Virus record (IMG/VR): IMGVR_UViG_3300024261_002043 | Location: 1-64,000 of that record | Strand: one strand, 5' to 3' | Length of the DNA stretch: 64,000 nt | From: a virus | Shown here: in pieces, positions 1 through 8,625 of the stretch | Layout of the letters: every line of letters starts with the position of its first letter | Numbering within the stretch: position 1 is the stretch's first letter | Notes under the pieces: generated by a model | What the model was told of the DNA's origin: nothing | Seen by the model: only the letters and a program-made list of their open reading frames with translations | Databases searched by the model: none | Position numbers and translations under genes: made by a program

Positions 1-181
1 ATACTTGAACCTTCAGTGTCGTTATCTCTTCGCGCAATGCTACGATTTCTTTTTGTAGGTCTTTTACCATAGCTGTAGTAACCGCAGAGCTAGTGTCTGT
101 GACTTCTTTTGTACTAGGGGCTTTTGTAGTAGAAGTACTAGCAGTTTTCTTTGTAGCGGGTGCTTTTGTTGATGTTGCCAT
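1..181 (-). CDS. Partial small protein (S/T/K-rich N-terminus then coiled coil), runs off the window
   Basis: Not in the ORF track. ATG at 181 with AAGGAG RBS at 189-194; open frame MATSTKAPATKKTASTSTTKAPSTKEVTDTSSAVTTAMVKDLQKEIVALREEITTLKVQV... Confidence 0.75.
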   Translation of the reverse strand, partial: MATSTKAPATKKTASTSTTKAPSTKEVTDTSSAVTTAMVKDLQKEIVALREEITTLKVQV

Positions 182-244
182 TGTGAGTCTCCTTTAGTGA
201 CTAAATAGTAATAAATAATATGCTGCGCATATCGTGGGTAAAGT

Positions 245-276
245 AAAAAAAACCAGCGGCTTTCACCGCTGGTTTT
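245..276 (-). terminator. Rho-independent terminator after the decoration-like gene pair
   Basis: Minus strand AAAACCAGCGG-TGAAAG-CCGCTGGTTTTTTTT: perfect stem, GAAA loop, U-tract. Confidence 0.9.
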
Positions 277-302
277 AGTAATGTATCGCTACGCTATTTT
301 AC

Positions 303-743
303 TTATGCAGTTGTTATCGCGGCATCAGTTGAAGCCTTAACAACCCAGAATGTACCATCAGAATAGATTTCAAACCTATCACCAATTGCACCAGCCAGTG
401 TAAGTGATGTAACACCATGCGCTCTAGTATTGGCATCACCAGTAGCAACCTGAGACATCAAAGAAACATTTGCTGCACCAGATGTGACAATATGGTTTTG
501 TGCTGAATTAGCTGTAACGCTAAGCGAAAAACCCGGATGATCGACAGGAGATGGTAATGTTATTGTACGTGGTGACGCACCATCACATCGTATTATCTTC
601 CCGCTATCAGCGGCAACTACAGTGTAGTTAGCTGTTTTTGCAGCGACAACTCTTTTCTCTCCAGATAAAGAACCGTTAGGAATTACAGACGTTCCACCTG
701 TTTGAAATAAACCCTTTGTAGGGGTAACCTTAATAGAAGGCAT
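303..743 (-). CDS. Putative capsid decoration/head-fibre-like protein, paralog B
   Basis: 146 aa, beta-rich, KTANYTV..ADSGKII..TITLPSP motif typical of phage fibre/decoration domains; downstream of MCP; strong RBS. Confidence 0.55.
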   Translation of the reverse strand: MPSIKVTPTKGLFQTGGTSVIPNGSLSGEKRVVAAKTANYTVVAADSGKIIRCDGASPRTITLPSPVDHPGFSLSVTANSAQNHIVTSGAANVSLMSQVATGDANTRAHGVTSLTLAGAIGDRFEIYSDGTFWVVKASTDAAITTA

Positions 744-757
744 AATTTTTCTCCTTT
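730..757. repeat. 28-bp direct repeat (RBS + start), copy 1; copy 2 at 1204..1231
   Basis: ttaatagaaggcataatttttctccttt identical at both paralog starts. Confidence 0.9.
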
Positions 758-761
758 ACGA

Positions 762-1217
762 TTAAGCTGCTGTTACGGTGGCGTTTGTTGAAGATTTAAC
801 AATCCAAAAAGCACCATCAGAATAAATTTCAAATCTATCGCCAATTACACCGGCAGATAGTGTAAGTGATGTAACAGCATGCGCTCTAGTGTTAACGTTA
901 CCAGTCGCGACCTGAGACATTAAGGAAATAAGATCAGCGCCGGCGGATGCTTCTTTAATCACGTGGGCATGTCCGGCCGAGGCAGAAACAACACTGAAGT
1001 GCCATCCTGGGCAATCGACTGGTGACGGAAGTATAACAGCGTCGACAGCGCCGCCTGACAATGCTATTATCTTGCCATTGTCAGCTTCTTGGACTGTATA
1101 CGAAGCAGTTTTACCTAAAACAACTCGCTTTGCTCCAGAAAGACTGCCATTTGGGATTGTGGATGTTCCTTTTGCTTGAAACAAACCTTTTGTAGGGGTA
1201 ACTTTAATAGAAGGCAT
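762..1217 (-). CDS. Putative capsid decoration/head-fibre-like protein, paralog A
   Basis: 151 aa; same first 14 residues (MPSIKVTPTKGLFQ) and shared SLMSQVATG..NTRAH.VTSLTL..IGDRFEIYSDG.FW with 303..743. Confidence 0.55.
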   Translation of the reverse strand: MPSIKVTPTKGLFQAKGTSTIPNGSLSGAKRVVLGKTASYTVQEADNGKIIALSGGAVDAVILPSPVDCPGWHFSVVSASAGHAHVIKEASAGADLISLMSQVATGNVNTRAHAVTSLTLSAGVIGDRFEIYSDGAFWIVKSSTNATVTAA

Positions 1218-1294
1218 AATTTTTCTCCTTTGATAGTTGGATATGTTAGGCCACAGACGTCGATGCGGCGAGTGGGTTCCGCCATTATGCTTGC

Positions 1295-1320
1295 ACCGTG
1301 CTAATATTAACTATAACGTA
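1295..1320 (-). promoter_or_regulatory. Putative late promoter plus downstream element ATAGTTA-N4-TAGCACGGT
   Basis: Plus strand accgtgcta-atat-taactat-aacgta; near-identical element at 34463..34489. Confidence 0.55.
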
Positions 1321-1335
1321 TCTCAAGTATAAGAC

Positions 1336-1368
1336 AAAAAAAGGGCGGACCTCGAAAGATCCGCCCTT
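1336..1368 (-). terminator. Rho-independent terminator after the major capsid gene
   Basis: Minus strand AAGGGCGGATC-TTTCGAG-GTCCGCCCTTTTTTT: GC stem, UUCG loop, U-tract. Confidence 0.9.
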
Positions 1369-1395
1369 AAAGCGTTTAGACTTTATCTAATTAGA

Positions 1396-3369
1396 TTAGA
1401 TAATGTCCATGCCAAGGCAAGTAACTGTTCCGTAGAAGTCGTTACGAACCATCTTCTTGCCGTAGCGAGTCATAACACCCTTACGAGGAGTAAAATCCTC
1501 AGGAGCGAAAATCGTCGGAGTGACAATGAGAGGTACATAAGGAGCATATACGTAACCAGTCTCAAGGTAGCTACCGCCCTTGAACCCAACAAGAATCTTG
1601 TTGCGTGGGAAGTAAGGGTCCTTGTAGACAGTGAAACGGTTGCTTAAGCTACCAACTGACTCTGCGCCAAGTGCCATACCACTGACCTGACCATCGCCAT
1701 CAAGGCTGTAGTTAGGCTTGTAGAGGACACTAGCTTCGAGTACGGTGGCAACATCAGGGCTGACAACTATGAAGTTCGCAGAACCACGGAGGGTCTTTCT
1801 GTGAATCTCATTGGCAACATCAATGATGGTCTCAACAAGGGTCTCATACCACTCTCGGACGGTACCGGTAAATGCCGGACCAGTTGAGAGAGATGATGTA
1901 CGTGCCTGTGCTGTACCTGTACGCTTGTTAACAAAGCTACCTGGGCGTCTATCCCAGAAGAAGTTTGTATCAGCCTGAACCAAGAGGTCATTAAGAATCT
2001 CACGATCGATTTCCAAAGCAATCTGCTCTGAAAGAATCTGAGTAAGCTCAACCTCAGCGTCAAGACTATGATAAGCATTCAGGTCCTGAGCAAGCTCTGG
2101 TGACCAACGTGCTCTTAACTTACGAGTCTGAGCGACGACTGAAACACTTTCAATCTTAATGTCAATCTCAGGAATCTCAGGAAGAGGCTGACCAGCACCA
2201 ACCTGGAAGTTGGATTCGAACGTTGGAACAACAAGAGTTGAACCATCGCTTGAGTCGAGCTGAGCGCTCTTTACCCAAGATACGTCGAAAGCGGATATGT
2301 TATGGTCAGCGACAGCGTTATCAGCATCAAGTGCGTCAATAGCAGCACCTGAAACAACCATCAATAAAGCCGTACCTGGTGCATTTGCACCCATAGGGGC
2401 AGGAGTGATCGCTCCACCAGCAGAAGCTGATGTAACAAGCATATTCAAGCGACGAACGTTGTATGTACCTGCACCACCCTGGATGGTCTTAGGAATTTCC
2501 TGTAATGCACAGTCACCAGCGCCGGCAACAACTTCAGCTGTAAGAGTTTGGGTTACATTTAAACCAAATTCCTTAACTGCTGTTAAGTCGAGGATCGATC
2601 CTGAAGAATAGTTACCTAACTTCTGAATATCAACTGTCATGAATGAGAAGACGCCGCCTTCTTCTTCAATTAAGCGAGTGATCTGGGGATCAAACTGTAG
2701 GAAACGACCATTTTGGCCACCAACACCTTGAGCACCGATACCAGCAGTGTTTGAACCACCAGCAGCTGCACGAACCTGAGTTGTACCAGTTCCAAGACGG
2801 AAGATAGTACCTGCATCATTTTCGATACCAGGAATGTTTGATGATGAGTGAACTCGTGAGTAACTTGTACCTACAAGGTCATACTGACCACCAACACCGA
2901 GTGAACCTGAACGGACACCCTTACCTGCTGGGTTGTTATAAATTGAATCACCAGCACTAAAAGTGTTGCTAGTAGCAGACTCTGCTCCACCAACGTTAGT
3001 ACCGTATGTGTAATCAAGATAGAATAACAGACCCGACGGAAGACTCATTGGCTGAATCGAGACAAGCTCGTTAGCAACAAGACCGCCGAATACTCGACGA
3101 ACGATTGGGAATGCAATATTAGTAAAGCCGCGAATATCTCCGCTTGCGGCTGAAGGGGCTAATCCACCACCACCAAGGGTGTTAGATTCACGTAGGACTT
3201 GTCCGGCCTGGTTCTCGAGCAGCGTTGCCATGTTTTCACGATGGACGCTTTCAAGACCACGTAGGAGACCGGTTCGAGCCCACTTTTCTGTAAGACGAGC
3301 GTTAGCATCGCCTTGGTGCCGTTGACGAATTCCTTCTGTCAACTGCTCAAGTGTAAACTTCTTAGACAT
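1396..3369 (-). CDS. gp23: Major capsid protein, T4 gp23-like, with enlarged central insertion
   Basis: IVRRVFGGLVANELVSIQPMSLPSGLLFYLDY, TRKLRARWSPELAQDLNAYHSLDAEVELTQILSEQIALEIDREI and YAPYVPL...FTPRKGVMTRYG are gp23 hallmark blocks. Confidence 0.95.
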   Translation of the reverse strand: MSKKFTLEQLTEGIRQRHQGDANARLTEKWARTGLLRGLESVHRENMATLLENQAGQVLRESNTLGGGGLAPSAASGDIRGFTNIAFPIVRRVFGGLVANELVSIQPMSLPSGLLFYLDYTYGTNVGGAESATSNTFSAGDSIYNNPAGKGVRSGSLGVGGQYDLVGTSYSRVHSSSNIPGIENDAGTIFRLGTGTTQVRAAAGGSNTAGIGAQGVGGQNGRFLQFDPQITRLIEEEGGVFSFMTVDIQKLGNYSSGSILDLTAVKEFGLNVTQTLTAEVVAGAGDCALQEIPKTIQGGAGTYNVRRLNMLVTSASAGGAITPAPMGANAPGTALLMVVSGAAIDALDADNAVADHNISAFDVSWVKSAQLDSSDGSTLVVPTFESNFQVGAGQPLPEIPEIDIKIESVSVVAQTRKLRARWSPELAQDLNAYHSLDAEVELTQILSEQIALEIDREILNDLLVQADTNFFWDRRPGSFVNKRTGTAQARTSSLSTGPAFTGTVREWYETLVETIIDVANEIHRKTLRGSANFIVVSPDVATVLEASVLYKPNYSLDGDGQVSGMALGAESVGSLSNRFTVYKDPYFPRNKILVGFKGGSYLETGYVYAPYVPLIVTPTIFAPEDFTPRKGVMTRYGKKMVRNDFYGTVTCLGMDII

Positions 3370-3413
3370 TTTTATGTTCTCCTTTAAAAATTATAATTAG
3401 CGTCTAGTTTCGG

Positions 3414-4877
3414 TTATTTAATACCAGCGAGTGTCGCCCATCGGTTCGTCTGCTTCGACTCATTCACTGTGGAACTACCACTGCGAGTCGGCTTTGATGA
3501 TGAACCAAGTACTCTTCTCGTGCCCTCACTTAGGGACTTCTTGTTAAGCGATTGTGTTAATCCTTCATAGACCAACTTCGCTTCACGGATTGTCTTGGCA
3601 TTATCTAGAGCCTCGACTATGGCACGCTGCTGCTTAGAACTTACACTACGATTCTGGATCAGTTTGTTCACGTATAGCAACTTTGCGTTAAAAAGATTCA
3701 TTTCTGCGAGCTGCTTCTTCAACTCTTTATTTTCTCTAACAACCTTGGAGCTGCGTGCACGGCGTCTGCGACGGCGCTCTGCGACTGGGCCAGTTGTTGC
3801 TTCAGGAGCTGATTCTACGTCAGCTACCTGGCCGAGCTCATCTGCAAGAGCATTGAGAAGATCATCTTCATCTACCTCAATAACTTCAAGCTCAACTTCT
3901 CCACCACCGAATTGATCGGCTTCGTCCTCAGCGGACTCTCTCATGGTGCGAAGTCTTTTAAGCTCCATCTTAAGCATGCGGGGATCGATTTCGAAGACTT
4001 CATCGAGCTCTTCCTCTTCTTCCTCTTCCTCTTCCTCGCCTTCCTCGTCAGCAGCTTCTTCTTCCGTATCTTCAACGGCGTCCATTGCTACCTCGATGTC
4101 TAGTGCATCGATATCGGCCTCTTCGGGCTCTTCAACACCCAAGGCCTCTAGATCCTCATCACTGAGGACTAATTCCATTTCGTCTAATTCGCCGTAACCA
4201 GCTTCAAAAAGTTGGTTGAAGATGGCTCTGCTGCGGTTTTTAGTCATGATATTCATCTCCTTAAGTGTTTCGAATAATTGAAGGCGAAGTGTTTGTCCGC
4301 CGCTCTCAGAAATAACTATTGCCTCTGAGCGTAAAGATAATGCTTCACCTATCAATTTTTGATATGACTGTTTGATTACAGCGCGCTGCTTGTTTGTAAG
4401 TGTCTTTGTATCGACACCCTCAAGCAACGCGTCCATTCTCCTAACCTTCCCCTGAAGCGTCGCAATTCTTTTAGCGAGCTTATTTTCGTTGGAAGATGTA
4501 GAGCTGTTAATTGCTTCTTTAATATCTCGTACATTTCGCTTGAGATTTTCTTTTGCCATTGTTAGGTTGACATCGCCTTTAGCATTAATTACTACATTGG
4601 CTTCAACTTCGGCTTCAATTTCATCGCCATGATTATCAGAGTCTGGCTCAACCAAATCATCTGCAACCTCTGCAGCTAGCGCTGCTGCAGGCATATCCAT
4701 AGGGATATCCAAGTCTTCTATCTCAATACCGGGGTCTTCAGATAACAACTGAGACTCAACCATGGCTTGAATTCTTGGGGTTAGGGCTTCTATAATTTTA
4801 TTCTTTGCATTCTGCTCAGCCAGCTGTTTTAGCTGCTGTGCTTCAGCAATTGCTTCTTTATAAAGTGTTGTTGACAT
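3414..4877 (-). CDS. Prohead core/scaffold protein (gp22-like position)
   Basis: 487 aa, acidic, coiled-coil, directly upstream of MCP; many L/I/V-x-E sites; ends in RWATLAGIK. Confidence 0.75.
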   Translation of the reverse strand: MSTTLYKEAIAEAQQLKQLAEQNAKNKIIEALTPRIQAMVESQLLSEDPGIEIEDLDIPMDMPAAALAAEVADDLVEPDSDNHGDEIEAEVEANVVINAKGDVNLTMAKENLKRNVRDIKEAINSSTSSNENKLAKRIATLQGKVRRMDALLEGVDTKTLTNKQRAVIKQSYQKLIGEALSLRSEAIVISESGGQTLRLQLFETLKEMNIMTKNRSRAIFNQLFEAGYGELDEMELVLSDEDLEALGVEEPEEADIDALDIEVAMDAVEDTEEEAADEEGEEEEEEEEEELDEVFEIDPRMLKMELKRLRTMRESAEDEADQFGGGEVELEVIEVDEDDLLNALADELGQVADVESAPEATTGPVAERRRRRRARSSKVVRENKELKKQLAEMNLFNAKLLYVNKLIQNRSVSSKQQRAIVEALDNAKTIREAKLVYEGLTQSLNKKSLSEGTRRVLGSSSKPTRSGSSTVNESKQTNRWATLAGIK

Positions 4878-4914
4878 TAACGAACCTCACAAAATGTTGC
4901 GCGCATTTATCTCT

Positions 4915-4921
4915 TAAATAT
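4915..4921 (-). promoter_or_regulatory. Putative late promoter ATATTTA
   Basis: About 38 nt upstream of the scaffold start; member of the recurrent ATA[T/C/G]TTA motif. Confidence 0.55.
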
Positions 4922-4956
4922 GATAAACAAGAGAAGATGACCTAAAACGCATAAGT

Positions 4957-5517
4957 TTATATTTCTCTTAAGTTACGAGCCAGTACCGTTCTGACTATAT
5001 TTCTTACTTTTTCTAGAGCCTCTTCTTCAGGTTCTATGTCTTCTAAATCGTTTGGAAGTATAGAGGAATGACTCCACCCTCTATACGTTCCGGTTCTATT
5101 ATATTGACCTGGTGCGATTGATTTAGGAGAATTTACCCCTCCACCAACTTGTATCCTATCTTTGTACATACCCGGGAATGGTACTAGGCTTTTACCAGAT
5201 ACTTCTCCAATGGCGATCGGGCGGTTACCGTTAGCCATCGAATCCCTATCTATTGATCTTCCGATTAAATTATCGTGGCTTTTATAAGGCGTAGATATTT
5301 TATTTTTTATTTTGTTTAGCTGATCGTCAGATAGTCCTAGCTCAATATCCTCGACGTCGATACTCTCAGGGTAAGGAAACGTCGCAGCCTTTTTACGAGG
5401 CTTGTGATATTTTTCTTTAGATAAGCCGTACCCTAAATCTTTTCTAGTATCATGAGAAAGCCCGGGTCGGTGACCCAGACTTAAAGGGTTAGACGGGTCA
5501 TATGGCCCGGTAGACAT
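4957..5517 (-). CDS. Hypothetical head-region protein
   Basis: 186 aa ORF in head operon, coupled to the upstream ORF. Confidence 0.7.
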   Translation of the reverse strand: MSTGPYDPSNPLSLGHRPGLSHDTRKDLGYGLSKEKYHKPRKKAATFPYPESIDVEDIELGLSDDQLNKIKNKISTPYKSHDNLIGRSIDRDSMANGNRPIAIGEVSGKSLVPFPGMYKDRIQVGGGVNSPKSIAPGQYNRTGTYRGWSHSSILPNDLEDIEPEEEALEKVRNIVRTVLARNLREI

Positions 5518-5999
5518 TATGTGCTAGATCCCCATGCTTTACCCATAACATAATCTCCTAACGTTCCTCTTGATTGTTGTTCTGATGATGTTTTTGGTTG
5601 TAGCTGTGAACCTACACCAGAACCCCATTGAGCAGGAGGGGTTTGACCAAAACCTTCAGGTGGTTCTGATTGATCTGCTGGATTTATTGAGCCAGGCCCG
5701 GGAGAGGTTGGATTAGGAACATAAGGTGAACCAGGTAGTCCGCCTCCGCCTGATTTTACTTCTTTAAGATCTGGTGAATCTTTATAATCACGAGAAAATG
5801 TTCCGAATGTATGACCACCGTCATTAACGGTGCCATCAAGAACGCCTTCTTGAAATTGCTTGGCAATTGATTCTGCCGTCATTTCGCCGGCATGAATAGG
5901 AGACGCTGGAAATGAAGATGCTAACGTAGCTGAGTCTGACGATCCCATATTTCTAGTGCTAGCTACTGGTTCTACTGTTGTCTGTTTGTGTGTGGGCAT
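5517..5999 (-). CDS. Hypothetical Pro/Gly/Ser-rich head-region protein
   Basis: 160 aa, AGGAG RBS, PGSPYVPNPTSPGPGS low-complexity segment. Confidence 0.7.
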   Translation of the reverse strand: MPTHKQTTVEPVASTRNMGSSDSATLASSFPASPIHAGEMTAESIAKQFQEGVLDGTVNDGGHTFGTFSRDYKDSPDLKEVKSGGGGLPGSPYVPNPTSPGPGSINPADQSEPPEGFGQTPPAQWGSGVGSQLQPKTSSEQQSRGTLGDYVMGKAWGSST

Positions 6000-6026
6000 T
6001 TTAGTCTCCTAAAGATTTAATAATGT

Positions 6027-6305
6027 TTATTTTGTTTTTGATTCAGAAATCTTCTTAACAAGGCGCTTCTTTGCAGCTTGCACTTTTGCGTACTTTTTCT
6101 TAAGAATGCTTTCCTGAATCTTTAACGCAGCAATGAAGTCGATGTCTTTTTCAAGAGCTTCAGCTTGTTCATCAGCGTCAACTTCTTCTGCCTTTACCTT
6201 TTCAGAGTCCTCTTTCCCTTGCTCAAGAGTCTCCATAATTTTTCTTTTCTCTTCCATTACAAGCTTCTTAAGAAGAGTTGGTGTTAATTTAATATTCTTA
6301 GCCAT
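6027..6305 (-). CDS. Small coiled-coil protein, possible internal head protein
   Basis: 92 aa, K/E-rich, AGGAGG RBS, ATACTTA motif upstream. Confidence 0.7.
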   Translation of the reverse strand: MAKNIKLTPTLLKKLVMEEKRKIMETLEQGKEDSEKVKAEEVDADEQAEALEKDIDFIAALKIQESILKKKYAKVQAAKKRLVKKISESKTK

Positions 6306-6336
6306 GTCAATATCCTCCTGACCTGTGATCTAATTG

Positions 6337-6343
6337 TAAGTAT
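6337..6343 (-). promoter_or_regulatory. Putative late promoter ATACTTA
   Basis: 32 nt upstream of the 6305 start. Confidence 0.5.
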
Positions 6344-6367
6344 TCGGTAACTTTGGATTCTTTCTAA

Positions 6368-6799
6368 TTAATCATCAAATGCTAGTGCGGCCCACTTATC
6401 AGCTGACTCTCCGAACAAGTCAGATGGATCACTTTGCGACGCAACTAAAGATGCTTTATCTGCACCTACAGTTGACTTTCCTCGTTCAGCAGCCGCTTGC
6501 TCAACCAATGTTGTTGCAGCAGTATCTTTAAAGATTGCAGCCATAATAGGATCAGAGGTTAACCCACTAACATCTAAATCTTTTTTCTTTGGCTGTCTTG
6601 CTTTTTCAGTAGTTCTTCCGATTAATATCTTATCTAAGGCCGGGCGCCTTGAAGTTTGTCTTTTTTTATTAGCAGGAGCTTTACGTGTTGAACGAGCTTC
6701 ACTAAGTCTTTCAGACGTTTCGTCGGAAGCCTCTAGCAAAATTTCAAACAAGCATTCTTTCACTAAAGACTTTAGATTATTTCTAGTCATCTTTGCCAT
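6368..6799 (-). CDS. Hypothetical head-region protein
   Basis: 143 aa; N-terminal LKSLVKECLFEILLE amphipathic motif; C-terminal KWAALAF resembles the scaffold end RWATLAG. Confidence 0.7.
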   Translation of the reverse strand: MAKMTRNNLKSLVKECLFEILLEASDETSERLSEARSTRKAPANKKRQTSRRPALDKILIGRTTEKARQPKKKDLDVSGLTSDPIMAAIFKDTAATTLVEQAAAERGKSTVGADKASLVASQSDPSDLFGESADKWAALAFDD

Positions 6800-6810
6800 T
6801 CTACAACCCT

Positions 6811-7185
6811 TTATGCTATGGTACCCATAAGAACATATGAAGGTATGACTATCTCGTCACCCCTAATAGGTACATTGGTCAATTCACAAACAACGCTCAT
6901 TTCTTTGGCATCTATTGAAAAACCTTTGCACTTTATCTCAAAGCGATGGGTGCCTTTATTCAGTTTTATCGTCCGATCAACCGGAGCAGCTGATTCATCG
7001 GTAAATGTGATTACAGCCCCGTCAGCGAGAATGTTAAATGTCAATGCTCTCGACACATACTTCAGCGTTATTACACGGGCGGAGGATGCATTCGGTACAA
7101 TAAACGCGTTACCGCTTTTTTGATACTCACCAACGTGATGCATACCGGGATCTGGCCAGCTTGAACTCATTTCTTTTCTCCCCAC
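6811..7185 (-). CDS. Hypothetical beta-rich virion protein (true start probably 7170, MSSSW)
   Basis: ORF whose second ATG overlaps the protease stop (ATGA). Confidence 0.6.
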   Translation of the reverse strand: MGRKEMSSSWPDPGMHHVGEYQKSGNAFIVPNASSARVITLKYVSRALTFNILADGAVITFTDESAAPVDRTIKLNKGTHRFEIKCKGFSIDAKEMSVVCELTNVPIRGDEIVIPSYVLMGTIA

Positions 7186-7787
7186 CCGATTACATCATTA
7201 AATGCTCTGTGGATTCTATCGGACTTATTAAAGACTTTATTAAGATCGTTTCGTCTTACTTCAACGCCTTCCTTCATCATAAATGCGCCGGGCGTTGATG
7301 GTTCTGATACGAAGTCCCAACAAATAAGTTGAAAATCATCTTGCACTACATCAATATCACCCTTGCGTTTTGTTGAGCCAACGCCGCGGGATGAAATGCC
7401 AAGAGTCACACCGGACTCCACTAGGCTTTGCAGAATTTTTCCAGAAGGTGTGTTTAGCAGTTCGACAACACCGTAGCAAACATCACCGTCCATATAGGCT
7501 TCCCTTATTATATGAGAAGCGTTCTTTAGCTCTACAACAGAACTATCAGGATGATCACACTCGCCTAAGGCTCGGCTTTCAGCTATAAACTTTTGATAGT
7601 TTCTAACTTCTCTTTCCAAAATAACCTTAGGATAAACACGACCATTCTGGTTTAGGGTATCGGCTTTTTGAAGCACACCTTTCATAACCATCTTTCCGTC
7701 GTTGGCTTTTCTTTGTTCTTCGATTACATCTTTATCATATTCGAACGGTGTCCATTCTGTCAAGAGCTTTAAGTTATTCATCTCCAC
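7167..7787 (-). CDS. gp21: Prohead core protease, T4 gp21-like
   Basis: NQNGRVYP, ALGECDHP, SH, LGISSRGVGS, DFVSEPSTPGAF catalytic motifs. Confidence 0.95.
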   Translation of the reverse strand: MEMNNLKLLTEWTPFEYDKDVIEEQRKANDGKMVMKGVLQKADTLNQNGRVYPKVILEREVRNYQKFIAESRALGECDHPDSSVVELKNASHIIREAYMDGDVCYGVVELLNTPSGKILQSLVESGVTLGISSRGVGSTKRKGDIDVVQDDFQLICWDFVSEPSTPGAFMMKEGVEVRRNDLNKVFNKSDRIHRAFNDVIGWGEKK

Positions 7788-8625
7788 TATCTCCAGTTGA
7801 TAATTCTTCGTTGAGTCTCATTAAAGTTAAATACCTAGAAATAGTCTCATCATCAGCAGAATTAACTGGCAAAGCGTTTATCGACTCCCTAACTCTTGGT
7901 ATTTGATTCTTTAGTATGGCGTTTTCGCATTGAGACTCAAACCCATCAAGTGAAGCTATCATTAACTTTTTAACTTCTGCTAGCTTTTGAAAAAACCTCG
8001 ACTGTTCAGAGTCGGAAAAGACATATTCACGTAATAGAGATATTTGAGCGTCGTTTAAGCGACTTCCAAACTTTTCCTCGATTTTATTTCTCATAATATC
8101 GACGACCAAGTGATTAACACTTGACTCCTTTAGCTCTTGCAAGTCTTGAAGCTTTTTCTCCTTTAAGAGATGAGCGTGTAGCTCTTGCTCAAATTTACCA
8201 ACTATTACTATATCAGGATGCTGGTTTCTCCATTCCGATAGTAGCGTTTGTATTGTCGCAAACATTTTATAGTCACTAACTCTGCGGTCATAAAAAGTAG
8301 ACTCGCTTAAGCCATAATTTATATCTTTTATTAATGCAGACTTTTGTTGCTTTAAGAGTTTGGTATCTATGTTTTTAGAAGCCTGCTTCGCTTCTGATAT
8401 TATAGACATCGCTAGTGAATCACTTGGGACTGACGTCGCGATGATGGCCCTAAACAGCCGAAACTCTTTAAACAACTCAGAGTCAGACCTGTAGTGCTTT
8501 TTAACTATTGCCAAGATTTTATTAGCTCTAGAAATGTTACCTTCGACCATGGACTCTGAAACTGATTGAGATAGCTGTGCAAATAACAGCCCTACATTTC
8601 TTTTTTTATTGTGCTTAACTTTCAT
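7774..8625 (-). CDS. Hypothetical helical protein between portal and protease
   Basis: 283 aa, KHNKKRNVGLLF N-terminus; overlaps both neighbours. Confidence 0.75.
   Translation of the reverse strand: MKVKHNKKRNVGLLFAQLSQSVSESMVEGNISRANKILAIVKKHYRSDSELFKEFRLFRAIIATSVPSDSLAMSIISEAKQASKNIDTKLLKQQKSALIKDINYGLSESTFYDRRVSDYKMFATIQTLLSEWRNQHPDIVIVGKFEQELHAHLLKEKKLQDLQELKESSVNHLVVDIMRNKIEEKFGSRLNDAQISLLREYVFSDSEQSRFFQKLAEVKKLMIASLDGFESQCENAILKNQIPRVRESINALPVNSADDETISRYLTLMRLNEELSTGDSGDE

Noticed and set aside
1310-1337. Sigma70 promoter TTGTCT-16-TATAGT before the decoration genes
   Set aside because: Suboptimal spacing, overlaps the terminator U-tract, and is not reproduced at the sister element at 34463-34489; not excluded but not called.
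4000-4070. (TCTTCC)n-like tandem repeat
   Set aside because: It simply encodes the poly-Glu tract of the scaffold protein.
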